Shown one piece after another: positions 40,501-50,779 of a DNA stretch of 64,000 nt. Numbering within the stretch: position 1 is the first letter of the stretch; each line of letters opens with the position of its first letter. Made by a program: the position numbers and the translations under genes. Where the stretch lies: the NCBI RefSeq assembly GCF_000143415.4, contig NW_003314313.1, positions 1,143,430-1,207,429 of the forward strand. The letters run 5' to 3'. Under the pieces are notes generated by a model. The model saw only the letters and a program-made list of their open reading frames with translations. It searched no databases and had not been told where the DNA came from. The DNA comes from Selaginella moellendorffii (Eukaryota > Plantae > Lycopodiophyta).

Positions 40501-41084
40501 TCTCGAACTCGGTCTCCGATTCGGCGTCGGCTTGATCCCGGACTCTATCTCGAACTCGGTCTCAGAGTCGGTCTTGGACTCGATCTTCGACTCGGTCCCA
40601 TCCGATGAACTCTTTGTCATTTCAGTCAAGCTTTTGGGGATCCTTTAGCCTACGACATCTCGGGGAGTCAGTTCCTTACAACTCCACCACCCATAGAAGA
40701 AGTTCGATGCCCACATTGAACGTCTCTTTTTTATCCTACAACTTGTTGACCATGTCTCCGGGGGCATCCCCCCACTTAGCGGTGTGCCTAAGTTAGCCTC
40801 CCCGGCCAAGAGCCCATGACAACGGAGTATAGGTGTCCCTATACTCCTCACCTCACCACGCCCTAGTATGGGGTCGGGACTTGAACCCAGCCTTGCTTTA
40901 CTAGGGGGTTCGGACTCGAACCCAACCTCCGTAGAATACGTCTATGGATTCGACATCCCCGCGGGGAGTCGGGTGTAGTGCCCTACGCCTGGTCGACCTA
41001 TCCAACCCATGCTAATTAGCTTACCTTCGGCGTGCCTTCAGGTCCCAACATATGCCACTTGCTCAACTTTGCAAATTGATATTT

Positions 41085-42895
41085 TTAATTGAACTTTGCA
41101 TAAGTACATAGAGTTCTGCCTTGCAGAAATTCCTCCACTAGATCTCGCGCGTTCGCTAGGTTCTCCTCCGGTTCCCATGTTGCTTCGCAGTGTGGAAATC
41201 CTTTCCAGTTCACATGGAACTCTCTGACCTCGCGTCCTTGTCGCTTGCTCTTGCGCGCATTGAGGATGGCCTCGACTTCGTATTCCTCTTCCCCTTGGAT
41301 AACCTCAGGTAAAGGTCTCACTTGGTCCTTTCGAAGCGGATCCTCAAAGTACGGCTTGAGTAAGTTCACGTGGAACACTGGGTGCATCTTCCCCATCTCT
41401 CGAGGAAGTCGGAGACGGTAAGCCACTTTACCAATTCGTGCCTCAATCTCATAAGGCCCCACGAACCTGCTTAAGGAACTCAAGATCAATTCATTTACAG
41501 GAATACGTGCATCTTTACCTTTGGGTCAAATTTCGGCTGATCCCACTTGGTAATCTGAGGTTCTTGGTGTTCAGCCACACCTTCTCCCCAGCTTGGAACT
41601 CTACATCCTGAGGCTTCTGGTTCGCGTATTTGGTTTGCCTTTGTTGCGCCCGTTCCAAGGAATCCCTCACTAAATTCCAAATACTGAGTCTTTCCGCCGT
41701 GAATGCCTCCACTGGGGGCAACTCTCCATGATACTCGGCCACGCCGAGTTCCACAGGACCTTTAATAGCTCACCCATTGATGACTTCCCATGGACTCACC
41801 CCGATACTCGAATGTGGTGAGTTGTTATAACACATTTCCGCAAGTCCCAAATGACTTACCCAATCGGTCTGGTCTCCCGAGACATAGTATCGCAAATAAT
41901 CCTCGAGCTGCCTATTCACCCTTTCCGTTTGTCCGTCTGTCAAGAAGTGTTAGTGCCAACAACTTGACTTAATACCCCATACCTGTCTGTGGGTGATAGG
42001 CTATGCTGAATTTCAACTTGGTGCGATACTGTTCTAGGAGAGTCCTCTAGAACCTACTGGTGAAGATTTTATCTCGATCTAAGATGATCTCTTCCGGTCT
42101 TCCTTGCACTCGAACCACTTGTTCAAAAAATAGCTTCGCCACACCTTCCGCATCCACCTCCGTTGTGGTGGGTATGAAATGTGCCATTTTCGAAAATCGG
42201 TCCACCACCACGAATATTGCATCAAACCCCTCGCTTGGGGGGAGTCCCGTGATGAAGTCTATCGTAAAACATTTCCACGGACGATCTGGAATTGGGATGC
42301 TTTGCAACAAGCCCCCACTAGCCTTAGTCACGGCTTTTACCTGCTGACATGTTGGACATGTCTTTACATAGTCTTGGACATCCTTAGCCATATCTGGCCA
42401 ATGGTACTTCCTCTTGAGTAAGCCCATCATTTTGGGCACTCTACCGTGTCCCGCAAGAGGTCCGTCATGACACTCTTCTAAGGCTACCTTCCTTAGTTCC
42501 CCTTCTGGAATATACACCCTCGTTTGCTTGTAATAGATGAGTCCGTTGCGTTCCGCATAGCCCGTTTTCTCTTCCATTGGCAGCTCACCTCTCTGGTGAG
42601 CTTCCTGTGCCTCTAGATTCCTCAGCAACACTTCATGTGCTAGACCATCATTCTCATATGCTGTCCGCACATTGTCCCAGAAGGTTGCTGTTGCGTTGGA
42701 TATTGCCAACCTCAAGCTCGCTTTTCGACTTAGCGCATCCACCACGATGTTGCTCTTCCTAGGCTTGTACAGAATTTCGCAATCAAACTCGGCCAAGGCA
42801 TTGGCCCACCGACCTTGTTTCCCTCTCAGGTCGGGCTGTGACAAAAAGTGTTTCGTTGGCACATTGTCCGTATAAACCTTGAAGTGTCTCCCAAG
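41085..42895 (-). pseudogene. RNase H end, integrase and chromodomain of element C, split by two GT-AG introns
   Basis: HHCC (ECHD..GH..CPTC), TIDFITGLP, VVVDRFSKMAHF, DRD, HPQT|DGQTERVNR, TQR|FVGPY, HPVFHV, chromodomain YEVEAIL..WKGF..ATWEPEENL. Introns 41937-41982 and 41467-41518. Confidence 0.92.
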
Positions 42896-43124
42896 TGTGA
42901 GACACAAAATCCCTAGGCCCCAAAGTGGAGCTGGAAGGGCGCCACATGGTAGTGGCCGAAGCGAGAGCCAAACGAGCGTAACACGTTTGGACCAAAAGCT
43001 CCGACTTGAAAAGTCAAGAGCGGGAGTGGAACTCCCAACGAAGGGCTCGAGGAACGAGCACGAAGCAAGCAAAAGGCGAGGCTCCAAAAAGGGACCCAAA
43101 AGGACCAACACATGACACGTGGGA

Positions 43125-43790
43125 GTGTCCGAGATGGACTCGAGATGGAGTCCGAAGTGGAGTCCGAGGTGGACCCGAGATGGACCCGAGTTGGAGTCCG
43201 AAGTGGAGTCCGAGATGGAGTCCGAGATGGAGTCCGAGATGGAGTCCGAGATGGAGTCCGAGTTGGAGTCCGAGGTGGACCCGAGATGGACCCGAGTTGG
43301 AGTCCGAAGTGGAGTCCGAGATGGACCCGAGATGGAGTCCGAGATGGAGTCCGAGATGGAGTCCGAGGTGGACCCGAGATGGACCCGAAATGGAGTCCGA
43401 GATGGAGTCCGAGATGGACCCGAGATGGAGTCCGAGATGGAGTCCAAGATGGAGTCCGAGATGGACCCGAGATGGAGTCCGAGATGGAGTCCGAGGTGGA
43501 CCCGAGATAGACCCGAAATGGAGTCCGAGATGGACCCGAGATGGAGTCCGAGATGGACCCGAGATGGACCTGAGATGGAGTCCGAGATGGAGTCCGAGAT
43601 GGAGTCCGAGATGGAGTCCGAAGTCGAGACCGAGACCGGAACCGAGACCGGGACCGAGACCGAGACCGAGACCGAGATCGGGACCGAGACCGAGGCCGAG
43701 GCCAAGACCGAGCCCGAGCCTGAGTCCGAGTCCGAATCCGAATCCGAGTCCGAGTCCGAGTCCGAGTCCGAGTCCGAGTCCGAGTCCGGA
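43125..43790 (+). repeat. 12-bp (GAGATGGAGTCC/GAGATGGACCC) and 6-bp (GAGACC/GAGTCC) tandem arrays inside the LTR; also at 49125-49775 and 36627-37097, with related TCGGACTCGATC arrays in the C LTRs
   Basis: Directly visible periodic sequence; it generates the low-complexity ORFs in the track. Confidence 0.92.
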
Positions 43791-46700
43791 GCCTGAGAGG
43801 GTGAAAGCCCAAAGCGTTCGTCTCCCAGACCCTGGGGGGTTTGGTGAGCTCCAAAAGTATAGTAGGGGGAGGACTGCAGTGGAGCCAGTTTGGCCAAGAA
43901 AGGCCAGTTTGGCCCAGGAAGGCCAGACCCAGTGTTGGGTGATGAACTGACCACTGGGAAGTCCAAGACTAGAGTGAATACGGACTGACAAGCGGGGTAG
44001 CTTGGTGAAGTGTTCAAGAGCCGGCTCTAGTTCCCCCGGGAGATCGACTGGCCGATGCTCCCAGTCCAAGTGTGGGTGGCACTACCTACTTGGATACCAG
44101 GCGTGGCTCAATGGAACCTCGCTCTAAGCCCATGGCTAGAGCACCTAAAGGCGATAGGTGGGGAGAGTACCCAGGTGGCTCGCGTAAGGCCACGGTGCTC
44201 CGAAATGTCGTCCCAAAGGCCCAGACTGTGGAAAGGAAGAGGAGCAGTCCTCTGGGGTAGTGACCAAGGACACAGTCGTGTGGTGAGGAAGTCCCAGAGG
44301 ACCGTGGGACTTAGTGGTCGGGCCTGTGGGCCTCGATCTAGTGGCAGTGTTGGCAAACACGGCCAGGGGCAGAAAGGGACTTGGTAGGAACTGACAAAGG
44401 GACTTTGGGGAAGGCGATTCCCCAGGTCTGTGGGCATCCTAAGGATGCTAAGGAGTGGATCTAGGATGACCCCTCGTAGACAGATGGCCCAGTCTTGGAG
44501 AGACGGGATGGTGATGCAAGTGGTATTGGACCATTTGCGCAGCAAAGGTGAATGGGCATGGCCTTAGCGTAACGGGCCGAGATGTCAGTGGTACCTTTGG
44601 GTGTCGGTCATGGGATCGGACACGTGGAGCACTTGGACCAAGTGCAAAGGTTGAGTGGCATGGATGCCATTCTCGGGGCTAGCAAGCCCCAAGTCCTGAA
44701 TGGGACTTATGGAGGTTGTGAATGAGACTCCTCCAAGTGGTCGAAGGTGTGGTTAAGTGACTAAAGTAGAATGGAAAAATTTAGTCGCTTACAATTTGGT
44801 ATCGGAGCTGTTCCTTAGTCCGACTTTTATTGGTGCTCAAGTATATCACCACTAGTGTTGGCATCGGAAGGTCCGAGGAGTGGGCCTATCCTTGAGGAGT
44901 AGCAAGTCGGGAAGACATGGCTCTCCATTACAGTTCATGTGCGAACTTGTAGACGAGGTGGTGGATAGAAAGGGCCAATAATGGAACGACTTTGGGATCT
45001 TGGGAACAGTAGATGGCTTTTCTCAAAGAGTTGAGGATGTGATCCAGATGAGCGTTTGACTTAGCAAACTGGCTAATGTAGTTGTGGTAAATAACTATAG
45101 TTGGGATCACGGGAAAGATAGAGACTCCAAAACAATAAAGGAGACACAAGATTTTCCTCATATAGTTGAGGTTGGTGCTCATGAATGTGAGACCAGAAGT
45201 AATGACCGTGGGAGGTCAAATACGGAAGAGGACTCAAGTCCTTGAAAAGGTAGCCGGGGATACCTCTAATAAATGCTGGAACAACCCCAGGAGTTGGGGG
45301 TGTATTAAGTGGATGAGTTGGTGTTCTCATCACATGGACAAGTAGTCCTAAGGGGCAAAGGTTGCCCCCAGAGAACAAAATCAAGTGTCGGAGTAACACT
45401 TGTGAAAATAGTCCTTTTGAGTAGGACAGGAATGCAAGAAGTGTATTCCAGTGAGCTAGTGCCTCACAAGTAGGACCTTATGGGTCGGTGGATTAACCAA
45501 GTCCAAAGTTGCTAGACGACTCAAGTAGAGTCAAGGGATGGTCCTAAAAGGACTGATGGAAGCATTTGGACTGAGGTGTGTTTTACCCCACGAAGGATGG
45601 GGGGGGATCATAGGATCCAAGGATGAGAACAGAGGGTATCTCATCGATGGCAAAATGTGCCGTGCTAAAAGTCGTGGGAAAGGTGTTCCCAAATAGAAAA
45701 CAACTTTGACACAAAGTTGTGTGTGACCTCTATGGTGCCGTGCTAACAAATGGTTGGCATGAGAAAGAGCGGTATTGGTCTTGGCAAAGACTTAGACACA
45801 AAGAAAAAGTGTCATAGAGGTAGGCTCGTGGAGCCGATGGTGTGGAGACACCAAATGTGCCAAGGTGTGATACCTTGAGGCTATGTTGTTGGGTTCATGA
45901 GGACCCCTTGCCAAAGGAGTCCCAATGGAAATGGGAATGGCAAGGCCTAAGCTGGAAGGCATGCGGTTGGAGTGTGGTGACCCAGATAATGATGGAGGTG
46001 TGGAAGCACCAAGCAATGAGTTGTAAGACTTGACAGCTATGGGGCAACTAAGCAAGAGGTGCAAGATAATTGGTTAAGCGGGTAGAAGGTAACTACCCAA
46101 GACTTCTTAATGGTATAAAGAAGTTAGATATACCCTTACGGGGGATAAATTGCTTATGTTGCGATATAGTAAGTCAATGTCATGAAAGGAAATACTCATT
46201 GTCAAGGAAGCCGTCATTGGGACACCCGAACACTCTAGAACACCAAGAGGTGGTGTTTGATGTCACGAGGGCAATGGATAAAGCCCAAGGGACTAAGTCC
46301 CTAGCGAATGATGGATAGAAGGTGCTATCCAAATGTTCAAGGTTGCGGAGACAGGAGAGGACTGTCTACCCAAGTTGGACAAAGCCAAAAATGGAATTTT
46401 GGCAAGGCTAGTGATGGGCATGTAAAGGCCCATAAGCAACAATGTAACCCCAGTGTGTGGGATTATAAGCTGAGCATACCCGGATTGAGGAACCACTCCC
46501 TGGGCTATTGGGTAGGTTCATCCCTAAGAATACTTGCTAAGGCATGATAGAAAGTGCAAAGCTATCCTCCTGGTCTGGAGGAGAATGACCGAAGGAAAGG
46601 TGTGAAGCCAAAGGCAAGTAGTGTTGGGATGGAACTGAACCATAGAAATCAAAGGGCATAACCAAGGTTGGTTATGCCAGCTGGGAGTGGAAAATCAAGT

Positions 46701-47271
46701 GGGGGCTCAAGGGTGTTGCCGCTAGCAACCGTGATGCCATGGAGAGTCTAAAATATGGAATTGTCCATGTTAGACTATATGGCATTTGGAAGGCTTGCAA
46801 AAAGGGAGGCCTTAGCAAGCTGAGGGATAGAGTTCCTTCAAGGTTCCCAAAGACGATTCTAGGTAGCGTAGTACCTAGAAAGGCCAAGTGTAAATGGTTC
46901 ATGGAACGCGCGAAATCAGAGTGGCGCAGCAGAAGCGTGGTCTTGAAGCTTGCCATGAGGCAAGGTTATCAAGGTTAGGGAAGTAGTTCCCGAGTGTTCA
47001 AAGAGAGGGCTTTGAACGAAAGTCGATGGTCAAGGACTTTCACGCTTATGCAGGAACCATGTTACAATGGTCGGAGAACTTGCCAAGTGAGATTGGCACG
47101 TCGGGGGAACAAAGACCCTAGTTGAAGGTGATAACTTCAAAAAGGGTGGGCCATGGGGCCGAGCATGGAGGAGTCCATGCATGATCACAGACATGTCAAG
47201 TGAGAGGACTTGGCAGTGTGGAGGAACTAGGTTCCTAAGCTGTGATCAGTAGCGCGCTTTAAAAATAGGTT

Positions 47272-47400
47272 GGTGCACCGGCGTGGGGAGTCACGCCAGG
47301 CATCTAGTGTGATGCCGTCCGTAGATGCATATACGGAGGTTGGGTTCGAGTCCCGACCCTCTAGTGCTTGGGTTCGAGTCCCAAATCACTAGGGCGTGGT
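47272..47400 (+). ncRNA. Putative cis-acting structured RNA (multi-hairpin, two TTCGAGT T-loop-like hairpins); homologues at 38872-39000 and 40855-41000 (minus strand)
   Basis: Five consecutive stems conserved between families, with compensatory changes. Confidence 0.6.
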
Positions 47401-50400
47401 GATGGTTTGGAATATGAGGACACTCATATTTCGGTGGTCATGGACTCTCAGTGGGGAGACTGGTTTGGGCACACCGCCAAGCGAGGGATGCCTCGGAGTC
47501 GTGATGCACGGTTAGATTGCTTAGTGTGAAAGCTCAGCATATCTAACTTGAACACTTTGGTGCAAGTGGCACCAAGGTCGTGGTGAGTGAGATGGGGACA
47601 CCTAATCTCAGTTGCTATGAACCCTTGGCCGTAAGGGCTAGCTTGGGTGCACCGCCAAGTGTGGGGGATGCCCCCGGGGTTATAATCAACAACTTGGAGG
47701 TCTGGAAGACCAAGTACCTCTTGGCAACTCTGTTAAGGTGCCAAGGTGAGATCACTAGGTGATCTTATGGCCAGATAAGGACGAAGTCCTTGGTTGGCTA
47801 AGGAATGAAGTTCCTGGTTCAAAATGTTGAAATTGAACTGTTTAAGGTGGTGTGGCTTGGTCGTGATAACCAAGTGGGAAGAGCACCTAAGGGAAATAAA
47901 CTATGTCCGTGCGATGGCATAGTGAGTCCGAGGAAAGTAGTCTCTATAAAAGACCCATGGGAGGGTCACGAAGTTGGGCCGTGGATAGAGCCCATAGCAG
48001 AAGATGCTAAAGAGACGTACTAGGGGTGAACATCCTCCGGACTTGGCAAAGAAGAGTCTTTGCTATGGAACAGAAACAATACCTCAAGGAGGGAGGTAGA
48101 GATTCGATGTTGCTTGGTGCAACAATCAACGGATAGGAGCAAAAGATGAGTGGCCAAGATAGGGCCGTGGAATCCATTGGAAGGAATCCAAGTGACAAAG
48201 TTAGGCGAGGAACACTAATGTGTTGGACGCTAACGAGTTGCAGGAAAGGAAGTGTGTTTCCAAGGAGGGATTCCGAAATGCTCCGATTTGGCAAAAGTGG
48301 AAGCTCCAAGGGAGGGAGCGGTAAGGTAGCCAAATGATAGGGCCATGAACAGCCCTAGCACAAAGCATGATAATTGGAACTTTGGCACGAAATAGAAGAG
48401 AGGATGATGGTGCCCTCGAGTAGAGAACTTCCTAGGATGGGAAGTGGAGTTGCACAAAAGGTGCAAGGCAAGGTGTCGGAGACACCTAGGAAATCGACTC
48501 CAAGAAGTCAAAATTCAAAGTTCCAAAGTGCAAAGGTTATATCGATGGAAATTGAGACTACTCGAGAAGGAGTAGTGGGATTGACTTAGAGAAGGGTCTC
48601 TAAGAGGTTTAGCGAGAACTAAACCAATAAAACGAGAGAACCACTATATGTGGTCCAATCAGTCTCTAAGTTGGAAAGACTACCCTCCTTAGAGGATATG
48701 CAAAAGGCATGGTGAGCCTTCAATGTCCAACCATTGATGAATATGGAGAAGGCATGGTGAGCCTTCAATGTCACACCATTGACAAATATTGGCTACGCGC
48801 CAAGGATGGAAATGGTAATACATGCGGGTGTTACTTTATAAAATGGTTCACCGTTCGATGAGGACATCGAACTTCGTCTAGGGGTGGTGGAGTTGTGAGA
48901 CACAAAATCCCTAGGCCCCAAAGTGGAGCTGGAAGGGCGCCACATGGTAGTGGCCGAAGCGAGAGCCAAACGAGCGTAACACGTTTGGACCAAAAGCTCC
49001 GACTTGAAAAGTCAAGAGCGGGAGTGGAACTCCCAACGAAGGGCTCGAGGAACGAGCACGAAGCAAGCAAAAGGCGAGGCTCCAAAAAGGGACCCAAAAG
49101 GACCAACACATGACACGTGGGAGTGTCCGAGATGGACTCGAGATGGAGTCCGAAGTGGAGTCCGAGGTGGACCCGAGATGGACCCGAGTTGGAGTCCGAA
49201 GTGGAGTCCGAGATGGAGTCCGAGGTGGACCCGAGATGGACCCGAGTTGGAGTCCGAAGTGGAGTCCGAGATGGAGTCCGAGATGGAGTCCGAGATGGAG
49301 TCCGAGTTGGAGTCCGAGGTGGACCCGAGATGGACCCGAGTTGGAGTCTGAAGTGGAGTCCGAGATGGACCCGAGATGGAGTCCGAGATGGAGTCCGAGA
49401 TGGACCCGAGATGGAGTCCAAGATGGAGTCCAAGATGGAGTCCGAGATGGACCCGAGATGGAGTCCGAGATGGAGTCCGAGGTGGACCCGAGATAGACCC
49501 GAAATGGAGTCCGAGATGGACCCGAGATGGAGTCCGAGATGGACCCGAGATGGATCTGAGATGGAGTCCGAGATGGAGTCCGAGATGGAGTCCGAGATGG
49601 AGTCCGAAGTCGAGACCGAGACCGGAACCGAGACCGGGACCGAGACCGAGACCGAGACCGAGATCGGGACCGAGACCGAGGCCGAGGCCAAGACCGAGCC
49701 CGAGTCCGAGTCCGAGTCCGAATCCGAATCCGAGTCCGAGTCTGAGTCCGAGTCCGAGTCCGAGTCCGAGTCCGGAGCCTGAGAGGGTGAAAGCCCAAAG
49801 CGTTCGTCTCCCAGACCCTGGGGGGTTTGGTGAGCTCCAAAAGTATAGTAGGGGGAGGACTGCAGTGGAGCCAGTTTGGCCAGGAAAGGCCAGTTTGGCC
49901 CAGGAAGGCCAGACCCAGTGTTGGGTGATGAACTGACCACTGGGAAGTCCAAGACTAGAGTGAATACGGACCGACAAGCAGGGTAGCTTGGTGAAGTGTT
50001 CAAGAGCCGGCTCTAGTTCCCCCGGGAGATCGACTGGCCAATGCTCCCAGTCCAAGTGTGGGTGGCACTACCTACTTGGATACCAGGCGTGGCTCAACGA
50101 AACCTCGCTCTAAGCCCATGGCTAGAGCACCTAAAGGCGATAGGTGGGGAGAGTACCCAGGTGGCTCGCGTAAGGCCACGGTGTTCCAAAATGTCGTCCC
50201 AAAGGCCCAGACTGTGGAAAGGAAGAGGAGCAGTCCTCTGGGGTAGTGACCAAGGACACAGTCGTGTGGTGAGGAAGTCCCAGAGGACCGTGGGACTTAG
50301 TGGTCGGGCCTGTGGGCCTCGATCTAGTGGCAGTGTTGGCAAACACGGCCAGGGGCAGAAAGGGACTTGGTAGGAACTGACAAAGGGACTTTGGGGAAGG

Positions 50401-50779
50401 CGATTCCCCAGGTCTGTGGGCATCCTAAGGATGCTAAGGAGTGGATCTAGGATGACCCCTCGTAGACAGATGGCCCAGTCTTGGAGAGACGGGATGGTGA
50501 TGCAAGTGGTATTGGACCATTTGCGTAGCAAAGGTGAATGGGCAAGGCCTTAGCGTAACGGGCCGAGATGTCAGTGGTACCTTTGGGTGTCGGTCATGGG
50601 ATCGGACACGTGGAGCACTTGGACCAAGTGCAAAGGTTGAGTGGCATGGATGCCATTCTCGGGGCTAGCAAGCCCCAAGTCCTGAATGGGACTTATGGAG
50701 GTTGTGAATGAGACTCCTCCAAGTGGTCGAAGGTGTGGTTAAGTGACTAAAGTAGAATGGAAAAATTTAGTTGCTTACA

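Larger units (their letters stand above)
42896..50779 (+). mobile_element. Element B: complete non-autonomous LTR retroelement (LARD-like, family of A) inserted in the RNase H of C
   Basis: LTRs 42896-44793 and 48894-50779 (TG..CA); TSD CCAAG at 42891-42895 and 50780-50784. PBS TGGTATCGGAGC 44797-44808, PPT 48881-48893. The 4.1-kb internal region has no intact ORF, only a gag-like remnant near 44950-45030. Confidence 0.95.

Noticed and set aside
43125-43790. CRISPR-like periodic array
   Set aside because: No unique spacers and no cas genes; the context is a eukaryotic LTR.
42913-44069. Long SDSISD/RTPS/LGLHLG/MESE ORFs in the LTRs (also 36368-37345 and 48831-50055), and the apparent 656-aa fusion to integrase
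   Set aside because: Stop-free 6/12-bp tandem repeats are open in nearly all frames. The 'fusion' is the B LTR abutting C's pol at the insertion site.
47330-47390. Bona fide tRNA gene
   Set aside because: T-arm/B-box motifs are present, but I could not form an acceptor stem, A-box or 7-nt anticodon loop. Reported as a structured element instead.
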